Assembly (NCBI GenBank): GCA_044226015.1
Contig: JBGAHS010000005.1
Location: 576,001 to 640,000 of the forward strand
Direction of reading: 5' to 3'
Source: Candidatus Obscuribacteraceae bacterium
GTDB lineage: Bacteria; Cyanobacteriota; Vampirovibrionia; Obscuribacterales; Obscuribacteraceae
Length of the DNA: 64,000 nucleotides
In this document: in pieces, positions 1 to 9,766 of the stretch
Position numbering within the stretch: the first letter of the stretch is position 1
Layout of the letters: each line of letters starts with the position of its first letter
Notes under the pieces: generated by a model
Told to the model about the DNA's origin: nothing
Database searches by the model: none
What the model saw: the letters and a program-made list of their open reading frames with translations, nothing else
Position numbers and translations under genes: made by a program

Positions 1-214
1 AATTATTTTGATTGGAACATACTTTCTAATTGGACTTGAATTGATTGCAGAAGACATTGAAGAGCCCTTTGGTAAGGATGGCGACGACTTGCCGCTTGAC
101 ACCATATGCGCTACCATTCGCACTACAGTGACTGACATTTTGAACCTGCAACGTGCGATGAAGTACACCCGCACAATAGATAGCTCTGCATTTGACCCAC
201 TTCGCTTTTCGTAA
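1..214 (+). CDS. Bestrophin/YneE-family channel, C-terminal fragment (gene starts before the window)
   Basis: IAEDIEEPFGKDGDDLPLDTIC matches the bestrophin-family E-x-PFG-x-D-x-x-DLPL motif. Confidence 0.8.
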   Translation, partial: IILIGTYFLIGLELIAEDIEEPFGKDGDDLPLDTICATIRTTVTDILNLQRAMKYTRTIDSSAFDPLRFS

Positions 215-284
215 GCCGTTTATTAAATTTTATCCTGACGTTAAATAGAACAGCTGGAGTGTTTGGGCTGGGTACAAATATTCT

Positions 285-2039
285 GTGGACGGGTTGGAGC
301 TAGAGGTTTTTCAAGTGCGAATCGGAGATTTGTTGCTCAGTTCGGGGTTCATAACTGAGGAAGAACTTAGTGCTGCGCTAAAACAACAGAAGTCGACGAA
401 AAAGACACCAATTGGGCAGCTTTTGAAGTTGCTGAATTATTTGAAGGAAGACGAGCTGGAGTTAGTCCTTCAGGCTCAACGAAAAATTCTCTTTGCCGCA
501 ATGTCCGATAGATTGGCGATTGCTGGTTTGAAGTATGCTCGGGAAAACAGGCTGAATTTTAGTGATGCTGCTGAGAAAGTACTTGCCACATCCAAAGATG
601 ACGAGGGTCAACCTTTCACTGAAGAAGAGTTGGGTCGAAAAGAGTTTAGTTTTGCACCTTCTAGTTCTGGCAAAATATCGCCAAGTCTTGCTCGTCCCAG
701 TGGTTTAGCGAATCCATCTGGTCCCAGATTTGCTGTTGACCCACTCGAACTCATACAGAAAGCCGACAACGCGGCTGCGGAAAAAGATTGGGAATATGCA
801 ACAGCTCTTATGGAGCAGGCTCGTGGTGTTTACGAGAAGGGCAATAACTTTGAAGACGAGGCAATAATTCCTGTCTATTGTAGGCTCGCTGCGTTTTATT
901 CCAAAATTGGGCGCACTCCGAATGCGCAAGAAAATATCACCAAAGCGACTGATTTGATCAACAAAGGAATTCAACTCTCGCCAGGTTCAACAAGCTTATT
1001 GGCAGCAGCAGCGCATCTATGTTCGCGCCAGGGAATGATTGCTGAAGCAAATCGGCTTTATCGCATAGTTATGCCGAAGTGGGCACAACTACTGCCATTT
1101 GAATTGGCTCAGTTCAATCTGTGTTTGCGCGATGCGATTGCTTGTTCGAGTGCTATTAGCCCACCAGGTCGGCACAATATTCGCATCGGAGAGTTGCTTA
1201 CAAACGCTGGTTTGATTGACAAAGAGCAATTTCTTGATTCTCTTCAACTTGCAAAAAGTCAGAGGCTGCCGCTGGGCAGAATTCTTTCAGAGCAGAAGCT
1301 CTTAAATGTCCAAGATTTGAGAAATGCAATGAAGGTTCAGTTGATTTGCCGAGCAGCAGCATTGCCTGTCGACTATGCTGCGATTACCGTCAAAGCTGCA
1401 TCTTATGCAGGTGATTCAATTAGCGACTTCTTTGGCAAGTTGAATATCCCTCTTGAAACTACAAGCAGCGATCCCAAAACTCTTGCTACGTTGATAAGCA
1501 AGATGGATGAACTCTTGCTGCTTGAGGAAAAACGTGGCATTCAAGATCCCAAAGTAGCCAGGCTGGCTGCTGAAGTTGGACAAATATGTTTAGAGCGTGG
1601 TGAGAATGAAGAAGCAGAAGCCATGTTCAGAAGAGCCCATGCTGTCTTTGCTATTGCTGGCGATGAATTCCAGGCTGAACTGGCAGAAGTTTGTCAGTGC
1701 ATAGGCAGGTTAATCATCAAACAAAAGAAATATCCTGAGGCAGAATTACTGTTTCTTCAGGCGATGGATATTAAGAATCGTATGCACGGAGAGAAGCACC
1801 CTACTTTTGGTGAAGCGCTAACAGATGTTGGTTATCTTTATTTCTGTCAGGCAAACTATACTCCTGCTATTGGTTCATTGCGTTCTGCATGGTTGATTCT
1901 AAGCGAAGATGGAACTGCCGAGAAGAAGAGATTCGTTCTGGAGTTGCTAATCAAGTGCTTTGAGCAATCTGGTCAGGAGTCTGAATCGGAAGTCTATAAA
2001 GAGCAGCTTCGCGCAATACGTTTCAAGGACCCCAGCTAG
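285..2039 (+). CDS. Protein with two MshEN (GspE N-terminal, c-di-GMP-binding-type) domains plus TPR repeats
   Basis: RIGDLLLSSGFITEEELSAALKQQ..PIGQLL and RIGELLTNAGLIDKEQFLDSL..PLGRIL fit the MshEN tandem motif; TPR-like helices follow each. The start may be GTG at 315 (GAGG upstream). Confidence 0.7.
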   Translation: MDGLELEVFQVRIGDLLLSSGFITEEELSAALKQQKSTKKTPIGQLLKLLNYLKEDELELVLQAQRKILFAAMSDRLAIAGLKYARENRLNFSDAAEKVLATSKDDEGQPFTEEELGRKEFSFAPSSSGKISPSLARPSGLANPSGPRFAVDPLELIQKADNAAAEKDWEYATALMEQARGVYEKGNNFEDEAIIPVYCRLAAFYSKIGRTPNAQENITKATDLINKGIQLSPGSTSLLAAAAHLCSRQGMIAEANRLYRIVMPKWAQLLPFELAQFNLCLRDAIACSSAISPPGRHNIRIGELLTNAGLIDKEQFLDSLQLAKSQRLPLGRILSEQKLLNVQDLRNAMKVQLICRAAALPVDYAAITVKAASYAGDSISDFFGKLNIPLETTSSDPKTLATLISKMDELLLLEEKRGIQDPKVARLAAEVGQICLERGENEEAEAMFRRAHAVFAIAGDEFQAELAEVCQCIGRLIIKQKKYPEAELLFLQAMDIKNRMHGEKHPTFGEALTDVGYLYFCQANYTPAIGSLRSAWLILSEDGTAEKKRFVLELLIKCFEQSGQESESEVYKEQLRAIRFKDPS

Positions 2040-2056
2040 TTCAACTGGAGATAAAT

Positions 2057-2680
2057 ATGTCATTGCAGAAAGTACAAGAACGGTTCTTCGCTGCACTAAA
2101 AGATCTTGATAATGAAGCTGTCGACGTGGTTCAGAGAGCCTATCAGCTTGCTGAACGAGAGCACGAAGGGCAACTGCGCAAGGAACACAAGGCGCGTCCT
2201 GATGATCGAGATCCATATCTCATTCATCCCTTGCGCGTTTCGTTGATATTAATGAGTGAGTTGAGAATTGCTGATAAAACAGCCATTACATCAGCAGTTT
2301 TGCATGACGTGGTAGAAGACGGCAACAGTCGCCCGACGATTACTGATATCAGAAATGAATTTGGTTCAGAAATTGCCGAGACCGTTGAGTATCTCACTAA
2401 ACCTGATGAGGTAGACGGTATTCCACATACACCTGAGTCGTTGATGCCCTATCACGAGTCATTTCACCATGCGCCTCTTCATGTAAGGCTCGTCAAACTT
2501 TCAGACAGATTGGATAATCTGAGAGAGACATTGCTTGTCGATCGACCCAAGTTTCAGCATCGTTATTTGCGAGAGACGAGAGAAGTATATTTGCCTCTGG
2601 CTGCAAAAACCAGCTTGTATTTTACTGAGCATCTTAATGAGCTCTGTATGCGTTTAGAGAGCATGCTAGTTGCGCCGTAG
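2057..2680 (+). CDS. Stand-alone RelA/SpoT-type HD hydrolase (Mesh1/small alarmone hydrolase-like)
   Basis: H-x-GQ-x-RK, PYLIHPLRV, AVLHDVVED and VKLSDRLDNLR motifs; GGAG SD. Confidence 0.8.
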   Translation: MSLQKVQERFFAALKDLDNEAVDVVQRAYQLAEREHEGQLRKEHKARPDDRDPYLIHPLRVSLILMSELRIADKTAITSAVLHDVVEDGNSRPTITDIRNEFGSEIAETVEYLTKPDEVDGIPHTPESLMPYHESFHHAPLHVRLVKLSDRLDNLRETLLVDRPKFQHRYLRETREVYLPLAAKTSLYFTEHLNELCMRLESMLVAP

Positions 2681-2879
2681 TCCACGACCGGGGAGCGCCG
2701 CCATCCTGGCGGCTTCTATGCAATTACCGGATCCGAACTCTGTTGAGGGATCCCATATGTAGGATCTGGTCTCGCACCATTAGGATCTGGTCGCGTCGTA
2801 GTCCACGAACCTGGGAGCGCTGCCATTCTTGGCGGCTTCTGGGCAATTACCGGATCCGAACCCTGTTGAGGGATCCCAT
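2672..2879. repeat. Two ~85-bp direct copies of a REP-like palindromic element
   Basis: 2672-2756 and 2793-2879 are near-identical; each has a GGGAGC-GCCGCCA-TCC-TGGCGGC-type hairpin (imperfect in copy 2) and GGATCC...GGATCC; TAGGATCTGGTC occurs twice between them. Confidence 0.8.
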
Positions 2880-2880
2880 T

Positions 2881-5085
2881 CTATTTGCGAATTACAACCT
2901 CATCAGATGAAGCGCTAACTTTAACTTCGTTGGTCTGCCTGTTTTTTTCAAACTTAAGTGTCACTCGAGCGTTTCCTGATTTTAGATTTGAAATTTCCAC
3001 TGAGTTTATACTTGACGGTAGCTTCGGCCTATCTACAACCACCTTTCCGTCCTGCAGGTGTATTCCGAGAATTGAGCGAAGCATTTGAAAGAGGCTTCCA
3101 GCGGCCCATGCTTGCGGAACGCACGACACCGCGTATGGTATCGGTGCTTCGTAGGCATCGCGAGGGAAACCGCAGAACAATTCTGGCAGGCGCGCGTCGC
3201 TTGCACCCTTCGCTGATTGAACAAGGTTCTCCAGAACAGTACAAGAAAGGTCTGATCTTCCTATTGCCGACATGCCTTCTACTGTCATGGCATTGTCGTG
3301 GGGCCAGACAGAACCGTCATGGTAGCTCATCGGGTTGTAACGCAATTCTTGCGTTGAAAGAGTACGAATTCCCCAGCCGCTGAACATATCCCCTTTCAGA
3401 AGGCGCTCGGCAACAGCTTGGGCTTCTGATTCGCTGAGGATGCTACTGCTAAGTAGATGTCCAGGGTTTGATGAAACTACCTGGCATGGCGACCCTGTTC
3501 CATCCACTGCAAGAGCGACAAAATTCATGTCAGGCATCCAGAACTTTTTATGGAAGTTCTGCTTTAACAGCTCGTTCTTTTGGCTTAAAGACTTAGCCAA
3601 TGACTCTTTCCCTAATTTCTTAGCGAGCTTCGCCAGGCTATTATAAGCTTCGTATAAATATCCTTGAACCTCACACACCGCAATTGGTGCCTTTGCCAGC
3701 TCGCCATTCTTATGCATGATGGAATCGCCGGAGTCTTTCCATGCTTGATTGGAAAGTGCTGCGCCTGCCTTACCACCATAGTATAAGAAGCCATCGGCTT
3801 GCACCGAGCCCTCAATATATTGCAGCGCTGCTTCTATGTTTGTCCAGAGTTGCTTTGCCAATTCTACGTCACCGGTTGCGTCCACGTATCGCGAGACTAG
3901 CACCAGCCATAGTGGCGTTGCATCTACAGTGCCGTAGTATGGCATGAAGGCGATTTCTTTGTTCTTTGCCATTTCTCCGAGTCGCAGCTCGTGCATGATT
4001 CGCCCGGGAGCTTCTTCAGTGAAAGAATTTACTTTCTTTCCCTGGTAAGCCGCGAGAACCTTGATCAAGTCCTTTGCAAGACCCGGCATGAAAGGAAGTG
4101 TCTGCAACGCAGTGACGCATTGGTCGCGCCCGAATGCTGTAGAGTACCACGGCAACCCTGCTGCCAGACAAGGACCATATGCGGTGTCTTGTCTGAGGAG
4201 GTAAATGTCTGATACCGATTGCGCCACCATGTCATTTAGCTGATCCCAATCAATTTTGAACTCGGGAATCTCTTTTCTCCAGGCTTTGTATTCAGCATCA
4301 GCAATGGATTTCGCCTTGTCGTATGTGAGAGTTGACCGCAGTGATTCGGGTGTGTTAGATGTGTCAACTCGCAGGTCTATGGTTTTGCTTTCTTGTGGTT
4401 TCAAGTCAATTTCGTAGTTGACTATGTCTGTTGCCAATTTTGAAGGCTTGTCGTTAGCGGTGATGTAACTCTGATAGTCGCGCTGGTCAAGACCTTTGTA
4501 GGACGAGCGTATTATCGAGCGATTTGTGGATTCATTATCTAGCCAGTAACCAAGAAACTGACCTGCCTTTTCCCTCTTTTGACCGCGAACCTCGAACATG
4601 TCTTTGAAATCAGTTCCATGGGAAATTGAAACTTTCAAATGATATGGATGATTTGCGAAATTGCTCAGAGTGATGCGTTCGCTCATTCCTTTGTAGAGAA
4701 GCAAATCTCTCTGAATCAACACTTCATCCAGAAGAGAATAAATAAAGCTTCCGTGATAACCACCCTGCGTGAAAGCTGTCACAAGTGTGGGGTCTTTATC
4801 ATCAATTTGAATCTGCCAACGGCTCAAGTATCTCGTGTCGTCTTCAAAGAGTCCATAAGGAGAGCCAAGTCTCGAGTCGATCATTCCATTCTTGTCGATT
4901 ACAAGCAAAGAGTTGCCGTTTTTCAAAACAACTCTGGGGCTTCCGGTGGACAGAATTTGCGCGGGGCTAGCATTAATTGCCGAATTCGTCGGAGGCACAT
5001 TGTCGGCATACACCGGAAATGCTTGTACATATAGAAGTAGCAAGCAAAGCGCATTCAGCAAAGCGATGCGTAAAGAGTTCGACAA
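2881..5085 (-). CDS. Amylo-alpha-1,6-glucosidase / glycogen-debranching-enzyme family, with N-terminal signal peptide
   Basis: AGLPWYSTAFGRD, EEAPGRIMHELR, YYGTVDATPLW, NQAWKDSGD, YHDGSVWPHDN, RLPELFCG, PQAWAAG. Confidence 0.85.
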   Translation of the reverse strand: MSNSLRIALLNALCLLLLYVQAFPVYADNVPPTNSAINASPAQILSTGSPRVVLKNGNSLLVIDKNGMIDSRLGSPYGLFEDDTRYLSRWQIQIDDKDPTLVTAFTQGGYHGSFIYSLLDEVLIQRDLLLYKGMSERITLSNFANHPYHLKVSISHGTDFKDMFEVRGQKREKAGQFLGYWLDNESTNRSIIRSSYKGLDQRDYQSYITANDKPSKLATDIVNYEIDLKPQESKTIDLRVDTSNTPESLRSTLTYDKAKSIADAEYKAWRKEIPEFKIDWDQLNDMVAQSVSDIYLLRQDTAYGPCLAAGLPWYSTAFGRDQCVTALQTLPFMPGLAKDLIKVLAAYQGKKVNSFTEEAPGRIMHELRLGEMAKNKEIAFMPYYGTVDATPLWLVLVSRYVDATGDVELAKQLWTNIEAALQYIEGSVQADGFLYYGGKAGAALSNQAWKDSGDSIMHKNGELAKAPIAVCEVQGYLYEAYNSLAKLAKKLGKESLAKSLSQKNELLKQNFHKKFWMPDMNFVALAVDGTGSPCQVVSSNPGHLLSSSILSESEAQAVAERLLKGDMFSGWGIRTLSTQELRYNPMSYHDGSVWPHDNAMTVEGMSAIGRSDLSCTVLENLVQSAKGASDARLPELFCGFPRDAYEAPIPYAVSCVPQAWAAGSLFQMLRSILGIHLQDGKVVVDRPKLPSSINSVEISNLKSGNARVTLKFEKNRQTNEVKVSASSDEVVIRK

Positions 5086-5124
5086 TGCGAAGTCCTCCAG
5101 ACTATTATGTTGTGCTGCTTGAAA

Positions 5125-6381
5125 CTACGATTCTAGAATTTCAACAAGTTCCAGAGCAAGAATATTCCAGCTCATGAATTGCGGTGCCCACAGAGGCTGA
5201 CCTGTTTCAGCATGATAATTTTCGTGCAAGGTGCCTGTTTTTTCAAGGTCGGCTTGCATGGTATTGAGCATTCGTGTTGAAACTTCTTTCGCTTCCGCTT
5301 TGAACCCTTCTTTTATAAGGCTGCGCACAGCAAGAGCATTTGTCAGAACCCATACCGGGCCTTGCCAATTAGAAACAATCGCTCGTCCATAAAGTCCGCG
5401 CAAAGCATTGTTATAAAGTGGTTCGGATGCCGCGACAGACGATAAACCAGCCGGACGCAGAAAATGTCGTTCATCGATGATGTTGGTCTTGATGACTCGT
5501 TCAATTCTTTCTGGTTTTACAATTCCGAGAATTGCTGGCACCAGACCTGTCCATGCCCTGAAAACCATTTGTGAGTTTGATTTCGGAAAGACGTTGCAGT
5601 ACATGCCGATTGATTCGTTCCAGCAATATTTTTCAATTGCTTCAATTACTTCCCTGGCGCGAATATCGTATTTTTCAGCCAGGGAGTTCTTTCCATACAT
5701 TTTTGAGAGTTCGGAGAAAGCCCGAAATTCAGCAACAAGGTAAGCACTCAAATCAACTGCGCTGAGTTTGCCATCAGGGAATTGGGTAATTGAGTCGTCC
5801 TCATCTTTTGCAGCCTCTCTGGGTGCTATCAATGCTAGATTGTCATCTACTCCGCTTTCCAGGACGTTTCTCCAGCGGAAAAGCCCGTGTTCAGTTTTTC
5901 GATTTCTTTCAAAATACTGCAGATAGCAGTCCAGGTCATCTATGAACTTTGAAAAGTCAGCGCTATGTGGCTTTGACTCTAATCTTGCCTGATGCAGAAT
6001 TGTTTGGCACAGAAACGGTTTGCATTCATCGCCGCTGTCCCAGATTCTCTCTGGCGAAACAGTGCGCGGAACATGACCGTCAGCTTCTTTAAGACTGAGA
6101 AAGTTTGCTACCACATCTGACTGAAGTCCATGAATTCCGACTCTAGAGGCAGCCTGCGCAAAGAAGCAGGAGTCCCAGTCGTACATTTGCAGATAATGGC
6201 CCGTTAACGATCTGTCCGACACATCAGCTAAATCGTCACCTCCTGCGGTGACATCATAACTTGGCGTTACGAATCTGTATTTCAATTTGCCTGCAGGTTG
6301 ATGAACGCAGGTTGGCGCTTTGCTCTGGAAAAACTTTTTTATGCTGCTGAGTGTGGTGTTGTTGATTTTAGTTGTGATCAT
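5125..6381 (-). CDS. GH63/MGH1-like (alpha/alpha)6 glycoside hydrolase
   Basis: YDWDSCF, ESGVDDN, VDLSAYL, NWQGPVW and LHENYH motifs. Confidence 0.75.
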   Translation of the reverse strand: MITTKINNTTLSSIKKFFQSKAPTCVHQPAGKLKYRFVTPSYDVTAGGDDLADVSDRSLTGHYLQMYDWDSCFFAQAASRVGIHGLQSDVVANFLSLKEADGHVPRTVSPERIWDSGDECKPFLCQTILHQARLESKPHSADFSKFIDDLDCYLQYFERNRKTEHGLFRWRNVLESGVDDNLALIAPREAAKDEDDSITQFPDGKLSAVDLSAYLVAEFRAFSELSKMYGKNSLAEKYDIRAREVIEAIEKYCWNESIGMYCNVFPKSNSQMVFRAWTGLVPAILGIVKPERIERVIKTNIIDERHFLRPAGLSSVAASEPLYNNALRGLYGRAIVSNWQGPVWVLTNALAVRSLIKEGFKAEAKEVSTRMLNTMQADLEKTGTLHENYHAETGQPLWAPQFMSWNILALELVEILES

Positions 6382-6511
6382 TTCACTCTGAATTGACTAT
6401 TGTCGGCATGAGGTGGTGACTGGATACTCAACATTTTAACATCACCAGGTAATACTCCTCTGAACAAAGGGAATACTATTGTTTACAGCGACGACAGGCG
6501 ACTAACAGAAA

Positions 6512-7177
6512 ATGACTGATAACAATAATATTCAAGCGGTCAACAATGCTGAATCTTCCTTGGATGAATCAAAAAACACACTGGATGCATGCCCGCATTG
6601 TGGTGCTGCTACCGGCAGTTTTAGTGTTGCTGAGATAGCGGCGCAAGCAGCAGCCTCAGCAGCGGCTGCTGCTACAGCTGCGGCTGCTAGTGCAGCTTTA
6701 ACTCAATCTGGAAGCAGTCCGAAGGTCGCCGATGACCCGCGTCTTGCAGCTTTAGCCAGTTCAAGTGGTACTGTGCCCACGAAGTCTGAGGCAGATACCA
6801 CGCTGACCAAGTGGGAGCAGGATACCTATCGCGATATTCTCAGTAACGTGAATAACACTTTGCGGTTTCAGATTCAGCTTGCAGTGCCGATACTCGCAGG
6901 CTGCGTGACAGCACTAAATATGGTGCCTCCACAAGAGCACCAGGAATTCTTGAACAACTATGATCGCTGGGTCTTTTGTCCCGTTTTGCTGAGTATGGCT
7001 GTTTCTTACTATGGCTTGGAATTGCACTGGGGCATGCAGAAAGGCCGCCCCACCGATGACCATGAGTCATTGACCAGGCTCGTCAGGAAGAAATACGCGT
7101 TAGTTCACAGTGCGATTCTTCTGCAAGCATTAGGCTTGTTGCTTCTCTTCATCTTTGTTCTATTAGAGTACAAATAA
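6512..7177 (+). CDS. Hypothetical membrane protein (CPHC motif, poly-Ala linker, C-terminal hydrophobic helices)
   Basis: 221-aa ORF filling the gap; hydrophobic segments in the C-terminal half. Confidence 0.6.
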   Translation: MTDNNNIQAVNNAESSLDESKNTLDACPHCGAATGSFSVAEIAAQAAASAAAAATAAAASAALTQSGSSPKVADDPRLAALASSSGTVPTKSEADTTLTKWEQDTYRDILSNVNNTLRFQIQLAVPILAGCVTALNMVPPQEHQEFLNNYDRWVFCPVLLSMAVSYYGLELHWGMQKGRPTDDHESLTRLVRKKYALVHSAILLQALGLLLLFIFVLLEYK

Positions 7178-7179
7178 CT

Positions 7180-8013
7180 CTATTTCTTCGCCGAATTCTG
7201 AGTGTTAACCAGTTCTCGTGCTCTTTCTGCTGCTTTCACAACTGCCTTAATTAAGGTAACCCTGAGCTTTCCTTCTTCAAGTTCCATGAGACCGTCGATT
7301 GTGCAACCTGCTGGTGTGGTTACACTGTCTTTCAAGAGAGCCGGGTGCGCTTTAGACTCCAGAACCATGCTTGCAGCACCAAACATGGTTTGCGCTGCCA
7401 GTAATGTAGAAACGTCTCGAGGAATGCCGAGCTTTACTCCAGCCTCAGCTAGTGATTCGACCACCACGTAAAGGTAGGCCGGGCCGCTTGCGGAAAGTGC
7501 TGTGACACCATCCATCAAAGATTCGTCAACAAAAACCGTTTGACCAACACATTTGAAAATGGAGTCTGCCATTTGCTTGTCGGTTTCTTTTGCATATTTT
7601 CCGGTACACAAGCCAGTCATACCCGCATTCATAATGCTCGGAGTGTTTGGCATCGCTCGCACCACGGGAACCTCTTTGCTCAAACGTTGCTGTACAAAAT
7701 CGCTTGTAACAGAGGCGGCAACTGAGACAATCAATTGATTTTCGCTTATTGCGTCGTTGATTTCGCGAACCACAAGATCCATGTTTTGTGGTTTGACGGC
7801 AAGAATTATGATGTCGGCGCCCTTTACGGCAGCAACATTATCGACGCAGACGTTTATGCCAATTCGCTCTTTAACGCGTTCGATTGAAGACTCGTGTCCG
7901 ACACTGCCTGTGATATCAGAGGCTTTCAGATCACCTTGCTTCAGCAAACCTGCGATAAGCGCCTCGCCCAGTTTTCCCACACCAATGACGGCGAGTTTCT
8001 TTCCCTTAAGCAT
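7180..8013 (-). CDS. proC: Pyrroline-5-carboxylate reductase
   Basis: GVGKLG, LAVKPQ, VRAMPNTP, SASGPAY, VTTPAGCT; start placed at ATG 8013 behind GGAGG. Confidence 0.95.
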   Translation of the reverse strand: MLKGKKLAVIGVGKLGEALIAGLLKQGDLKASDITGSVGHESSIERVKERIGINVCVDNVAAVKGADIIILAVKPQNMDLVVREINDAISENQLIVSVAASVTSDFVQQRLSKEVPVVRAMPNTPSIMNAGMTGLCTGKYAKETDKQMADSIFKCVGQTVFVDESLMDGVTALSASGPAYLYVVVESLAEAGVKLGIPRDVSTLLAAQTMFGAASMVLESKAHPALLKDSVTTPAGCTIDGLMELEEGKLRVTLIKAVVKAAERARELVNTQNSAKK

Positions 8014-8160
8014 TGTTCCTCCCACGGTCGTTGGGTTTATGGCATCGACCTGAATCAAACATAGAAGCAGAGTATACACTCCTGACTTCCCAAGAGTTAG
8101 ACAATTGCCGGACTTTGCACGATAATCGTAATTGAGCTAAACGCCGAACAAGGAGTAAAA

Positions 8161-8889
8161 ATGGACAGAAGAGAAGTTCCAGCGACCGCCGATGTTCCAT
8201 TTATTGACCTTATAAAAGATACTTGGGAGCCGTTCCAGGACAATTGGATGGTTGCGACAGTTTCCGCTGCTATCCTGAATTACGTCCCCATGATCGTGGT
8301 CGGAATTCCTGCTTGTATTATCGCGTTTCTTGTGGCCGGTTTTTTCGCCATTGTGAGCAAAGGCAACCAGGGAATGGCTATGATTGCGCTATTCCCCTTA
8401 GGAGTAATAGCTGGGCTTGCGTTTGCGGCTGTATTTAATGGATTGCGCGCCGGCTGGACTAAGATGCTTCTTGACCAGGCGCATGGCAAAACGATCAAAA
8501 TTTCCGATATTAAATGCGGAATGCCATGGTTTGTAGATTTCTTTCTTGCTCTCCTGATGATCGGGGTCGGAACTACATTGCTAAGTCTATGTCTTGTTGT
8601 TCCGGGAATTATTTTTGCGGTAAGAACCTCTTTTGCTCCATTTCTTATCGTTGATCGCAACATGGGCTGTATTGAAGCGCTGAAAATGAGTAATGAGCTT
8701 GTGACTGGCTATTCATGGCAGATTTGCGGCTACTACTTCATCTATTTTTTCGCGAATCTTGTCATTGGCTTTATCCCAATTATTCAATTTGCACTGCTGC
8801 CTGCTGCAATGGGCTTCTTCGATATGGTTTTGACTCGACTATATCTTTACCGAAAAGACGCCGTCGCTGGTCATATTGACGTAAGGTAG
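8161..8889 (+). CDS. Integral membrane protein, DUF975-like
   Basis: Multiple TM segments; L..VPGII...FAPFLIVD...EALKMS..LV.G pattern; AGGAG SD. Confidence 0.6.
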   Translation: MDRREVPATADVPFIDLIKDTWEPFQDNWMVATVSAAILNYVPMIVVGIPACIIAFLVAGFFAIVSKGNQGMAMIALFPLGVIAGLAFAAVFNGLRAGWTKMLLDQAHGKTIKISDIKCGMPWFVDFFLALLMIGVGTTLLSLCLVVPGIIFAVRTSFAPFLIVDRNMGCIEALKMSNELVTGYSWQICGYYFIYFFANLVIGFIPIIQFALLPAAMGFFDMVLTRLYLYRKDAVAGHIDVR

Positions 8890-9766
8890 TTCGTTTTCTC
8901 TGAAGGCTTCAGTTCTAATAGGCTTAGTTTGCAAGTTACTGCTGCTTCGTGTTAGTAACGTTGCGGTTATGCACTCGCATCTACTGTTGTAGTACGCAGT
9001 TCGCTAGCCATCTATATAGATGTGCATAGGGGGATGCGTGACCTAATTAATGGAAAAGTGGACTTAAATCGGTAAGTATTAAGTACAGAGTCAATAGCAT
9101 GAGCTTAGCAGTGCGATTAGTAGAATTGCTGACTTTCAAAATCTTGCCTGTGAGAGCTCACGAAGACGTGATTGTATAAGGGGTTGGCGAAGAACCAGGC
9201 AAGTTTTCGTTGGCATCTTAAATACAATTAGTCTAGTTCTGAAGTATTGTCGTCCAAAAAATTGCGTAGCTGTATATTCTCAGATAAGGAAAGCGAAGCA
9301 AGAGCAATACAAGGTGGTAGCACCTATGGTGGCGGTGGTTAAGATTGCTTTTGAATAAGCCTCGTCAGAGGAAGACGCAATGTAAAATTTAAGGTCTGAT
9401 ACTGCATCTGGTATCAGACCTTTTTGTTTGTCGCTTGCGAAACGAAAGCGAGGACTCCCGGAAAACTCCCTGGGCCGCCATGAATACAAGATTGATGATA
9501 GCTCGCTAATCAAAATCCGTAAATTTGTTTCTCTGTGAAGAAATCTGATGCTGTCTCGGAAAGAATTGCTGTAAGCTTGTTTCTGGGTTCTCTCTGTGAT
9601 TTCTTTGCTCGAACTTTAGAGCGAACTAATTCATTTTTATGAGAAAAATCTGAACTTTGGAACGCTAAAACCCTTGTGGAAAGGACCTTCCGGGTGGGAG
9701 AAGTCCCATTGCTGTGCGTGCCTGTGCACCGTACTCTAGGGTGATAGTCTCTACCTTCCCCACGGT

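Noticed and set aside
8890..9766. Long intergenic region with short ORFs (9280, 9510, 9665)
   Set aside because: No protein motifs, clear RBS, repeats or convincing RNA structure seen
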